Source: Fibrobacteria bacterium (GTDB lineage Bacteria > Fibrobacterota > Fibrobacteria > UBA11236). From it: a stretch of 22,853 nt of DNA. Each line of letters opens with the position of its first letter. Within the stretch, counting starts at the first letter, position 1. The notes under the pieces are model-generated. The model was not told the origin of the DNA and did no database searches. It worked only from the letters and a program-made list of their open reading frames with translations. Where the stretch lies: contig JBGTHM010000054.1 in the NCBI GenBank assembly GCA_041746255.1, positions 1-22,853 on the forward strand. Reading direction: 5' to 3'. Positions 8,805 to 17,155 of this stretch are shown here, piece by piece. A program made the position numbers and the translations under genes.

Positions 8805-9962
8805 TCAACGCTTGTAGTCGTTGCCGAACACCACTTCGGCTTGGTCTTTGCCGTTCAGTTCGCGCACGGAATCGAGCTTACGGCCCGAGTAGTTTTCCGC
8901 CATGCCCCGGTAGAAAATTTCCAGGTTGTTGAAAAATTCGCTTAGACTGGGGGAACGCAAAAGGTTAAGCCGCCCTAAAGTGGCCCCCGGCAAGCATTTC
9001 ATCAGGCGAGCCGATGTTTGTTTCAGCTTGCCTAAAACCCGTCCTTCATATTCCGTTTCCTCGAACAGCAAATCGCGGTAGGCGTGGAAAAATTCGATTT
9101 GCTCATCCAAGCTGGGTTCGCGCGGTTCTTTGCCTTCATAGACATCGGCGATTTGTGCGAAAAGCCAGGGATTATGCATGGCACCCCGGCCTACGGCCAC
9201 TCCGTCCACCTTATAGGTTTCCAGTTTGTGAAGTACGTCCGCCACGCTTAGGATATCGCCATTGCCGATAACCGGTATGGTCGCTCGCGCCTTCGCCTCG
9301 GCCATCACCTCCCAATTGGCCAAACCTTTGTATCCCTGCAAGCGCGTGCGGCCATGGATGACCAATGCATCCGCGCCTTCCCCTTCGATAATGCGTTGGG
9401 TTTCCGCAAGATTGATGCTGTCGTCGTCCCAACCGATGCGAACCTTCACCGTTACGGGAATGCCTACGGCCCCTTTAACCGCGCGCAGGATACGCGCCAA
9501 ATTTTCGGTATCCCGCAACAGACCGGAGCCCCCGCCCTTTTTGACGACGCGGGGAACGGGACATCCGCAATTGATTTCCACGAAATCAGCGCCGCTTTCT
9601 TCCACCTTACGCGCGCCCCATGCCATCTTCTCCGGTTCTCCACCGAAAATCTGGACAGTGAAAGGCCGCTCCTCTTCGGTAAAGTCCATTTCCCGGCATG
9701 ACTTGGGGTTCATATGCCTCAGCCCTTCGACCGAGACGAATTCGGAAACCAAAAGCCCGGTGCGGCCACCGGCCAGCCTGGAGATAAGCCGCCGAAACGC
9801 CCTGTCGGTTACTCCCGACATGGGCGCCAGATAAACATTGGGGTAGATAGTCCGCCCACCCACGTTGTAGCTACGCTGCACGGCTTTGGCGCGTGCAGGT
9901 AGATTTTCGGCGTCCAACGTTAGGACAGTCGGCTCACCGGTGAATCCGACGGGTAGAATCAT
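8805..9962 (-). CDS. dusB: tRNA-dihydrouridine synthase (DusB-like)
   Basis: LAPMSGVTD, QIFG, INCGCPV, VKVRIGWD, HGRT, GNGDI and GRG motifs. Start set at ATG 9962, which overlaps the glyA stop (TGATG). Confidence 0.88.
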   Translation of the reverse strand: MILPVGFTGEPTVLTLDAENLPARAKAVQRSYNVGGRTIYPNVYLAPMSGVTDRAFRRLISRLAGGRTGLLVSEFVSVEGLRHMNPKSCREMDFTEEERPFTVQIFGGEPEKMAWGARKVEESGADFVEINCGCPVPRVVKKGGGSGLLRDTENLARILRAVKGAVGIPVTVKVRIGWDDDSINLAETQRIIEGEGADALVIHGRTRLQGYKGLANWEVMAEAKARATIPVIGNGDILSVADVLHKLETYKVDGVAVGRGAMHNPWLFAQIADVYEGKEPREPSLDEQIEFFHAYRDLLFEETEYEGRVLGKLKQTSARLMKCLPGATLGRLNLLRSPSLSEFFNNLEIFYRGMAENYSGRKLDSVRELNGKDQAEVVFGNDYKR

Positions 9963-11221
9963 CAGGCGTGTACGCTTTCCTTGCTTTCCCGGTACAAAGG
10001 AAAATGCTCGCACAAGCCTTTGACCTGGGCGCGAACCGATGCGAGGCGGTTCTCGTCTTCGGTATGTAATATGGCTTCGTCGATGTATCCCGCGATAAGG
10101 TCCATTTCGGCTTCCCCCATCCCCCGGGTCGTAACCGCGGCGGTACCCAGGCGCACGCCGGAGGGGTCCATGGCCTTGCGGGTGTCGAAGGGTATGGTGC
10201 TGCGGCTGCAGGAAATCCCGGATTTGTCGAGAGCGGCTTCGGCGGCTTTGCCGGCCACGCCCTTATTACGCAGGTCGGCCACCATAAGGTGGTTATCGGT
10301 TCCCCCCGACAATATTTCATAGCCCCGTTTAGCCAAACCTGCGGATAAAGCGCGGGCATTGGCGACGACTTGTAGCGCGTAGCCCTGGAACGAGGGCTGG
10401 AGGGCTTCCAGGAAACACACCGCCTTGGCGGCATTCAGGTGGTCGTGCGGGCCGCCCTGTACGCCGGGAAATACCGCGCGATCGATGGCCTTCTGGAATT
10501 TCTCCTTGCACATGATAATGGCGCCCCGCGGTCCCCGGAGTGTTTTATGCGTAGTCGTAGTCACGATATCGAAAATAGGTACGGGATTCTCCAAAACCTT
10601 TCCCGCTACCAGGCCCGCGATATGGGCGATATCTCCGAAGGTAATGGCGCCCACTTCGTCGGCGATGGACTGGAAGGCTTTCCAATCGATATCGCGCGAA
10701 TAGGCCGAAAATCCGGCGATAATCATTTTGGGTTTCTCGCGCAAGGCGATTTCACGCACCTTTTCCATGTCGATGCGCATGGTTTTTTCGTCCACTTCGT
10801 ATTGGGCGAAATCGTACATGGTTCCGGAGAAATTGACCGAATGCCCATGGGAAAGGTGCCCGCCATGATCGAGTTTTAAACCGAGGATTTTGTCGCCCGG
10901 TTTGACCATGGCCAAATAAACAGCCAGATTCGCCGGCGATCCGGATAGGGGTTGCACATTCACATGTTCCGCTCCGAAAAGCCGCTTGGCCCGATCCATG
11001 GCCAGAGTTTCCATTTCGTCGATGACCTCGTTGCCGCCGTAATAGCGCTTGCCGACATAGCCTTCGGAATACTTGTTGGTCAGCGCCGATCCCATGGCTT
11101 CCATTACGGCTTTGCTGACATAATTTTCGGAGGCAATGAGTTCTATTCCCTCTTCTTGCCGTAAGGTCTCCTTAACGATGATGCGGGCGATTTCGGGATC
11201 GGTTTTTTCCAAGTGCTGCAT
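9962..11221 (-). CDS. glyA: Serine hydroxymethyltransferase
   Basis: IELIASEN, LTNKYSEGY, RYYGG, GGHLSHG, PLP-Lys motif TTTTHKTLRGPRG and SGVRLGT. Confidence 0.98.
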   Translation of the reverse strand: MQHLEKTDPEIARIIVKETLRQEEGIELIASENYVSKAVMEAMGSALTNKYSEGYVGKRYYGGNEVIDEMETLAMDRAKRLFGAEHVNVQPLSGSPANLAVYLAMVKPGDKILGLKLDHGGHLSHGHSVNFSGTMYDFAQYEVDEKTMRIDMEKVREIALREKPKMIIAGFSAYSRDIDWKAFQSIADEVGAITFGDIAHIAGLVAGKVLENPVPIFDIVTTTTHKTLRGPRGAIIMCKEKFQKAIDRAVFPGVQGGPHDHLNAAKAVCFLEALQPSFQGYALQVVANARALSAGLAKRGYEILSGGTDNHLMVADLRNKGVAGKAAEAALDKSGISCSRSTIPFDTRKAMDPSGVRLGTAAVTTRGMGEAEMDLIAGYIDEAILHTEDENRLASVRAQVKGLCEHFPLYRESKESVHA

Positions 11222-11242
11222 TTTTGCCTTTCTGTTCTCGAT

Positions 11243-12427
11243 TTAAGTTCTATAAGCGGCGTTTATTTTTACATAATCGTAACTGAAGTCACAGGTCCAA
11301 TAAGTCCACGTTCCCTGGCCGAGCTTCAAGTCGAGGCGAATCGCCACTTCCCTACGGGTCATCCTCTCCTGCAAGTCTTCGAGGTCACACGCACAGGGCC
11401 TACCCTCGCGCATGACCGCGACTTCGCAAAAATCCAAATCGACCCGTTCGGACACCAACTCTCCTCCGGCAGACCCGGCCGCAGCGATGACCCTTCCCCA
11501 ATTGGGATCGCAGCCAAACAGGGCGGTTTTGACCAGGGGAGAAAGACTTACGGCCTTGGCCATGGCCCGAGCCTCCGCATCGCTCATCGCGCCTTCAACG
11601 CGTATTTCCACGAACTTGGTGGCTCCCTCCCCGTCCCAGACGATTTTCCGGGCCAAGTCGCGACAAACGGCCTCGAGTTCGGAATCGAAATTCGCTTGGT
11701 CGGCAGCGTCGAGCTTTGCGTATTCCACCCCCGAAGCGCCATTCGATAACAGCAGAGCGGTGTCGTTGGTACTCATGTCACCGTCCACAGAGATCGAATT
11801 GAAACTTTTTTCGGCAATGCTCGAAAACCGGGCTGCATACCCGTCAGGCAAATGGATATCGGTAGTCACATAGGCAAGCATGGTGGCCATATCGGGGCAG
11901 ATCATCCCCGAACCTTTGGCGACTCCTCCGATACGCACCTCTTTACCCGCAAAATCCAAAGTTTTACGGCTTTCTTTGCGGACGGTGTCGGTGGTTAAAA
12001 TGGCTTCCGCGAAATCGGCTTCTTTTTCCCGAGTCGCATCCAGCAGATGCCGCACCCCCAACTTGATTTTATCCATGGGGAGAAATACCCCGATAACCCC
12101 GGTCGAGCTGATGAAAACTTGACCCTGGGATTGAGAACCTTCCTCCACCCACAGCGCAGTCTGCCGCACATCACGGATACCGACATCGCCGGTGCAAGCA
12201 TTGGCGTTTCCGGAATTGACCAAGACATGGGAAACCGGCCGCCCCACGCGAATCAAATCCTGACCATGCAATACCGGGGCCGCGCGCACCTTGTTCCGGG
12301 TGAAAACGGCGAATGCGGCCGCAGGCGGATTAGATATCAAAATTCCCAAATCCGGTTTCCCGGTTACCTTAATGCCGCAGGCCGTTCCCCGGGCGGTGAA
12401 TCCCAGGGGGTAGGAAATTGCTTCCAT
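11243..12427 (-). CDS. argJ: Ornithine acetyltransferase / N-acetylglutamate synthase ArgJ
   Basis: VFTRN, NSGNANACTG, SSTGVIG, AILTTD, KGSGMI.PDMATML (autocleavage Thr), DGDMSTND, DGEGATK and DPNWGR. Confidence 0.97.
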   Translation of the reverse strand: MEAISYPLGFTARGTACGIKVTGKPDLGILISNPPAAAFAVFTRNKVRAAPVLHGQDLIRVGRPVSHVLVNSGNANACTGDVGIRDVRQTALWVEEGSQSQGQVFISSTGVIGVFLPMDKIKLGVRHLLDATREKEADFAEAILTTDTVRKESRKTLDFAGKEVRIGGVAKGSGMICPDMATMLAYVTTDIHLPDGYAARFSSIAEKSFNSISVDGDMSTNDTALLLSNGASGVEYAKLDAADQANFDSELEAVCRDLARKIVWDGEGATKFVEIRVEGAMSDAEARAMAKAVSLSPLVKTALFGCDPNWGRVIAAAGSAGGELVSERVDLDFCEVAVMREGRPCACDLEDLQERMTRREVAIRLDLKLGQGTWTYWTCDFSYDYVKINAAYRT

Positions 12428-12818
12428 TATTTGACTTCGCCTTCTATGTACTGACTCAGTGGATTTACCTGGTTTCCTTCGAAAATACCCGTTTTTCGAG
12501 AATAAAACGGAATCGCCCCAGGATTATGGATATTCCGAGGATAAAATTTATATATTCAGTTGAGACCCCCAACCCCTTATCAATCGGGATTTTTATCCAA
12601 TATTGATTGTGGGTTGTCAATTCCAGGTTTCCCGTGCGGAAGTTTGGCAGGGATTGGGAATGTTTTAAGCATTAATCGCCGGATGGGGCTATTAGTGTTT
12701 TTTTTTAACTCCAAATTTAGGACGAGTCGACCACCCACCTCGTTCCATACTTCCCGTGAATCGGGATACTCGCTCTCGAGAGCAGGGTGAAAGAGAAGGT
12801 AGTGTGAAGGAGAACGCC

Positions 12819-13292
12819 ATGCTTTCGGACCGCATACCCATGACTCAACATATTTATGACAAGCTCGCCAACGATTTAGAGCAGCTTAAAAAGCATGACC
12901 GCCCGGAGGTTATCGTCGAAATCGCCACGGCTCGCGCCCAGGGAGATTTAGCCGAAAATGCCGAATACCATGCCGCCAAAGAAAAGCAAGGCTTTTTGGA
13001 AGACCGCATTACGGAACTCGAAGACAAATTGGGTCGTGCCGAAATCGTTACCGCATCGCCCTCCGACAGCGATCATGTCATTTTTGGAGCCATTGTCTCC
13101 GTCAAAGACCTCAATTCCAAGAAAACCTTGGATTACACCCTGGTAAGCTCCGACGAAGTCGATGTCATCAACGGCAAAATCAGCTCGGCTTCGCCCATTG
13201 GCAAGGCATTGCTGGGCAAAAAAACCGGAGATGTGGTCGAAGTGCAAATCCCCAAGGGAATGCTGAAACTCGAGATTCTCGGATACCGTTAG
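12819..13292 (+). CDS. greA: Transcription elongation factor GreA
   Basis: ARAQGDLAENAEYHAAKE and ISSASPIGKALLGK. Start moved to ATG 12819, which follows SD AAGGAG at 12807-12812. Confidence 0.95.
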   Translation: MLSDRIPMTQHIYDKLANDLEQLKKHDRPEVIVEIATARAQGDLAENAEYHAAKEKQGFLEDRITELEDKLGRAEIVTASPSDSDHVIFGAIVSVKDLNSKKTLDYTLVSSDEVDVINGKISSASPIGKALLGKKTGDVVEVQIPKGMLKLEILGYR

Positions 13293-13336
13293 CCCTTAAC
13301 CGCTCTCAACCCTAAGGAGTCGAAAGCGTTCCCGCT

Positions 13337-14293
13337 ATGGCTTTTTTCGCTTTCATGGGTTCCGACCCCATCGGTAAACAGGAGGCCCTGGATGCAACCG
13401 TGCGTGAATGGTTGGGCTCGGCTTGCGAGGATGAATTATCGCGAAACCTCTTTTTTGGTGAAGACCTGCAAATTGAAAAAGTGGCGGAATCCTATCAAAC
13501 CGTTTCCCTGTTTTCGTCCCGCAAGGCCTTGATTTTCAAAGGGCTTGACAAGGCTTCAGCAGCGCAACAAAAGGCCTTGGCGAAACTATGGGAGCAGGAA
13601 AATCCCGACTGTGGCGTATTTGCCATGCTGACCAAATGGGACGCGGGTTCGGCCTTGGCCAAACTGTTCAAATCCAAGGGAACATGCAAAGATTTCAAAC
13701 AGCCTTATCCCAACCAAATACCCGCATGGCTGACCAAGCGTTGTCGCTCGGCTTATTCCCGCTCCCTGTCCGGTTCCGATGCCCGGCTTTTGCAGGACAT
13801 AGCCGGCAATGATTTGGGGGATTTAGACCGGGAATTGCAGAAATTGGATGCCTTTTTACCCAAAGGCCGCCCGGTGGATGGTGAATCCATTCTTGCCGTA
13901 GTCGACGCCGGGAGAGTGGCCGATGTATTCGAATTGCAAAGTAATATGGGTCTGCGCGATAAAACCCGGTTTCTTTACTCCCTCCGCAGTTTGTTGGATA
14001 GGGGCGAAACTCCGTTCCAGATTTCCATCCGCCTATTCACCCATTTCGCCTTATTGATGAAAGTCAGAAACCTGAGCGACAAGGGCGATAGCCCCGCCGC
14101 CATTTGCGACCGGCTTAAACTCAACCCCTTCTTTCACATGGAAAAACTTCGCTTCATGGATCAAGCCCATTCCCGGTCGCTGATTCTGTGGAAGAAAACC
14201 CTGGTGAGGCTGGGAAAAATGGAAATGGAGTTGAAAGCGGGTAAATATACGCATCGATTCGAAGTTGAAATGGCATTCGCCAATTTGGTTTGA
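13337..14293 (+). CDS. holA: DNA polymerase III delta subunit
   Basis: 318 aa. 'SLFSSRKALI', 'GNDLGDLDRELQKL', 'VFEL', 'L..GE.P' and a C-terminal 'ELKAG' follow the HolA pattern. Confidence 0.8.
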   Translation: MAFFAFMGSDPIGKQEALDATVREWLGSACEDELSRNLFFGEDLQIEKVAESYQTVSLFSSRKALIFKGLDKASAAQQKALAKLWEQENPDCGVFAMLTKWDAGSALAKLFKSKGTCKDFKQPYPNQIPAWLTKRCRSAYSRSLSGSDARLLQDIAGNDLGDLDRELQKLDAFLPKGRPVDGESILAVVDAGRVADVFELQSNMGLRDKTRFLYSLRSLLDRGETPFQISIRLFTHFALLMKVRNLSDKGDSPAAICDRLKLNPFFHMEKLRFMDQAHSRSLILWKKTLVRLGKMEMELKAGKYTHRFEVEMAFANLV

Positions 14294-14299
14294 TATAAT
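14271..14299 (+). promoter_or_regulatory. Extended -10 promoter (TGnTATAAT) for the KaiC-like gene, overlapping the holA stop codon
   Basis: TGA-TATAAT at 14291-14299 is a perfect TGn-TATAAT. TGGCAT lies 17 nt upstream of the hexamer. Confidence 0.55.
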
Positions 14300-14337
14300 T
14301 ACCCATTAACCTGTCACGAAATACGAGGGAATCCGCA

Positions 14338-15084
14338 TTGAATCAGACCAAGCGAGTCAAAACCGGATGTAAAGGATTGGATGAAATCCTCCGTGGAGGT
14401 CTCCTGGAGGGATCCGCCACTCTCATCGAAGGTTCCGCCGGTACCGGAAAAACCACTTTGGCCACCCAATTCATCATGGAAGGCGTCGCCCAAGGCGAAC
14501 ATGGCATCATGTTCACCTTCGAACAATTTCCCGAGCAATATTTCGCCTGCGCCGGTGAGCTGGGTTGGGATTTGCGCCGACTGGAACAGGAAGGCAAATT
14601 GAAAGTCATTTTCACCTCGCCGGAGAATTTCGTGCGGGACATCGAAGATGCCGAGGGTAAAATCGCAGCCATCATTCAGGAGAACAAGACCCGGCGGGTG
14701 GTGATCGACAGCGTAACCCATCTGGAAAAAATGGCGGAGGACATCGGAAAGCTGCGGTTTTTGGAAACCGAAATCGTGAACGCATTCAAGCGCGAAGAGG
14801 TTACCGCGATTTTCCTTAAGGAAAACGCCAATATTCTCGGCAAATGGGACGTGACCGCCAATAAGATTCCCTTCATTATCGACACCTACGTGCTACTGCG
14901 TTACCTTGAGATGGATTCCGAAATCAAACGCTGCCTGATGGTTTTAAAAATGCGCGGTAGCGATCACGATAAAGATATTCGCGAGTATCAAATCGAAGGC
15001 GGCGGTCTTAAAGTCGGCGAGAAATTCGCGGGAGTATCGGGAATCTTCCTGGGCACCGGCGTGCATGCGCGCGCGCGGGCTTGA
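14338..15084 (+). CDS. Single-domain KaiC-like RecA-superfamily ATPase (COG0467 type)
   Basis: TG..GLDEIL.GG, Walker A GSAGTGKT, FTFEQ, Walker B VVIDS and VLKMRGSDH. TTG start preceded by GAGGGA. Confidence 0.88.
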   Translation: MNQTKRVKTGCKGLDEILRGGLLEGSATLIEGSAGTGKTTLATQFIMEGVAQGEHGIMFTFEQFPEQYFACAGELGWDLRRLEQEGKLKVIFTSPENFVRDIEDAEGKIAAIIQENKTRRVVIDSVTHLEKMAEDIGKLRFLETEIVNAFKREEVTAIFLKENANILGKWDVTANKIPFIIDTYVLLRYLEMDSEIKRCLMVLKMRGSDHDKDIREYQIEGGGLKVGEKFAGVSGIFLGTGVHARARA

Positions 15085-15085
15085 T

Positions 15086-15853
15086 TTATCGCGTTTGTCC
15101 CGCCATGCCTTCGAAAAGTTTGCGCGTTCGGGCCAACTTCTCGTATAGGGAAAGCAGTTCTCCGCTCCATAACGGATCCAGTTCCTCGAACCGGGTGAAA
15201 ATTTCCTGGATGCTGCGCCTGCTGTTATAGGGTCCGACGGGTTCCGAAGTTGAGTTCGGATCAGACATCGCTGCTTGAACTTCGCCCGGGTTCCGTCTCC
15301 GACTCAGTCCCTGCCGCCGCAGGGTCAGCGCGCGGCGCATCAACCGTTCTTCCAGTTCCCTGCGCAGACGGGCCAGCCGCGCTTCCGCCTGAGGTAAGGC
15401 CGCATTTCCCCCGACTTCCGTTTCCATACGTTGAAATTCTGCCAGCAGCGCGGTCTTTTCTTCGGGAAGCAACAATCGATCGTTTGCGTTGCAGGCCGAG
15501 CGGGCCGAATCGGCCTTCTCCTTCCATATGGCGACGCGCGCCCGTGACAGGGGTGGCGGAGGCTTTTTGGCATCAGCCGTCTGGCGAGTTGACCACCGGG
15601 ACCATGTGCCTAGCGCCTGGGCCGCCAGTCTCTCCGCGGCAAGCGAAGATCCCTTGTGAAAAAGAGCGTGCGCGGATTCTTCCAACCGGCGTAAAAAAGC
15701 TTGCTGATAAGGACGAACCCAAGTCGACTTCTCCCATGCCTTGCGCGCGGAGGATAATCGGGAAACCCATTCCGGCGAAACGGATGCATTCGGTTCCAGT
15801 TCGGTTTCCGAATCCTCCTCAACCGGAGAAATACCCATGCCCGTTTCAATCAT
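15086..15853 (-). CDS. Hypothetical protein, DUF2894 (Zorya type III ZorG)-like
   Basis: C-terminal 'PVGPYNSRRSIQEIFTRFEELDPLWSGELLSLYEKL' resembles the GP[LY]NS...[SD]P.[YW] motif recalled for DUF2894. Helical protein. ATGA overlap with the upstream gene. Confidence 0.6.
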   Translation of the reverse strand: MIETGMGISPVEEDSETELEPNASVSPEWVSRLSSARKAWEKSTWVRPYQQAFLRRLEESAHALFHKGSSLAAERLAAQALGTWSRWSTRQTADAKKPPPPLSRARVAIWKEKADSARSACNANDRLLLPEEKTALLAEFQRMETEVGGNAALPQAEARLARLRRELEERLMRRALTLRRQGLSRRRNPGEVQAAMSDPNSTSEPVGPYNSRRSIQEIFTRFEELDPLWSGELLSLYEKLARTRKLFEGMAGQTR

Positions 15854-17127
15854 ACTTTGAGTTCCGACTGGACCAGCGCCTGCATAAGGACCTCGCGGGT
15901 TTTCAGGGAGTTTTCCAACAGGATCTCGGAGGATTTCTCATGAAATACTCCCAGCATTTCGCGAAGCTCGTCGAGAGTTTCCCGCCCTGCGTCTTTTTCA
16001 TCGGTGCGGGCTTCCAGCTTTTCCAATAATGAAGCCAGTCCCGCGTTCAACATGGATACGCCGGCTTGCATTTCATGCTGATTCGCTTCCATGGCTTCGA
16101 TGAGGGCGGAAAAGCGCTGGGTCGTCTGTTCCAACCCGGAAGTCACGGCCTCCGATTTCTGCGCCATTTCCAAATGCAGATTGGTTTGGGTATCCAACAA
16201 CCGGCGGGCATCTTCCATGACTTTTGCCTGGTTTTCGACGGAAGCCTGTCCGGCGGCCAAAGCCTGGGCCTGAACTTCAGCGGCAAAAGCACGGGAGTCT
16301 TGCGCCACTGCTTGCGAGGCTTCGATGGTTTCGCGGGCGGTAGTTTGGATAGCGTTGCTCGCGGTGGAAAAGCCTTCCAGCACCCGGTGCAAATCGGCCT
16401 CCCATCGTCCCAGGGTCGACTCAACCATGTCACGGTAACCCGCCGTGAACACGTCCCGGCTCTCTCCGAAAAGTTTTTCCAGGTTTCCCCTCAGACGCGC
16501 TTCACTTTCAGCCGCCCGGTTAAGCACGCTCTCTTGGGAAGCAGCCATTCCCCCAACCAGAATTTCACCCGATTTTCGGAAGGAATCCGCGGCCTCGGCC
16601 AAACCCTCCAACCATTGTCTTTTGGCCGAGTCCTCCCGCTCTTGCATTTCCTTCCGCCATCGCTCCAACCAATTTTCGATAAAGGCCTTGCGACCTTCTT
16701 CCTCTTGGCGCATGTGGGAGGAAATCTCTTCGGGAAGCCGGGAAAGCGCCTCGCGCAGACTTCCACCCACTTCACTCCCCATGGATTCGAATCGATCGCC
16801 TAAACTCACAAGGAGCGGCTCCAACTTTTCCAGCGGTTCCTTGAGGCCGTCCGCCGTACCTTCGCCTCGGCTAATGAGGGCCGGCAGTTCCGTGGATAGC
16901 CGACCCAACTTCTGCATGGCTTCGGCCATGCCTTCCCATGCCGCTTCGGTGCGGCGGCGATAGGGAAGCGATGCGAGCTGGCCGGCGCCGTACAAGGAAA
17001 AAAGACAGCCCGCCAAAAACATCGCCATTATCCATCCCTGATTCTGAATGGCGCCCACGGCCATGCCCGATCCCAGCAACAGACTTAATGCGAACAATAT
17101 TTGCTCTTTTCCATTCAGCTTAACCAT
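15850..17127 (-). CDS. Membrane protein with N-terminal TM hairpin and long helical/coiled-coil tail, similar to DUF802-type ZorA but without a MotA-like segment
   Basis: ATG 17127 follows SD AAGGAG. Two hydrophobic helices (ILFALSLLLGSGMAVGAI, WIMAMFLAGCLFSLYGAGQL), then ~370 aa of Ala/Glu/Gln-rich heptad-like sequence with no further TM-length hydrophobic run. Confidence 0.6.
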   Translation of the reverse strand: MVKLNGKEQILFALSLLLGSGMAVGAIQNQGWIMAMFLAGCLFSLYGAGQLASLPYRRRTEAAWEGMAEAMQKLGRLSTELPALISRGEGTADGLKEPLEKLEPLLVSLGDRFESMGSEVGGSLREALSRLPEEISSHMRQEEEGRKAFIENWLERWRKEMQEREDSAKRQWLEGLAEAADSFRKSGEILVGGMAASQESVLNRAAESEARLRGNLEKLFGESRDVFTAGYRDMVESTLGRWEADLHRVLEGFSTASNAIQTTARETIEASQAVAQDSRAFAAEVQAQALAAGQASVENQAKVMEDARRLLDTQTNLHLEMAQKSEAVTSGLEQTTQRFSALIEAMEANQHEMQAGVSMLNAGLASLLEKLEARTDEKDAGRETLDELREMLGVFHEKSSEILLENSLKTREVLMQALVQSELKV

Positions 17128-17155
17128 CGAAAAATATTCTCCTTGTAAAGATTGT

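Noticed and set aside
11222..11242. ZTP or glycine riboswitch ahead of glyA
   Set aside because: The argJ-glyA gap is only 21 nt, leaving no room.
12543..12560. Possible ArgR ARG box upstream of argJ (minus strand ACTGAATATATAAATTTT)
   Set aside because: Only one half-site matches and there is no tandem second box.
12756..12818. N-terminal extensions given by the ORF track (greA here; also dusB, rluC, kinase, ZorA-like)
   Set aside because: Downstream starts fit better by SD position, stop/start overlap or family length.
15067..15076. GCGCGCGCGC dinucleotide run at the end of the KaiC-like gene
   Set aside because: Short, within the last codons (ARARA), and unlikely to be a phase-variation tract.
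14338..15084. Circadian clock kaiC
   Set aside because: Single domain, no Ser/Thr phosphosite pair, and no kaiA/kaiB nearby.
15250..16803. Long plus-strand ORFs (259 aa and 245 aa) as a possible hidden zorB
   Set aside because: They lie antisense to the coupled minus-strand genes, have atypical composition, and show no OmpA/MotB motifs (no GHTD or LS..RA).
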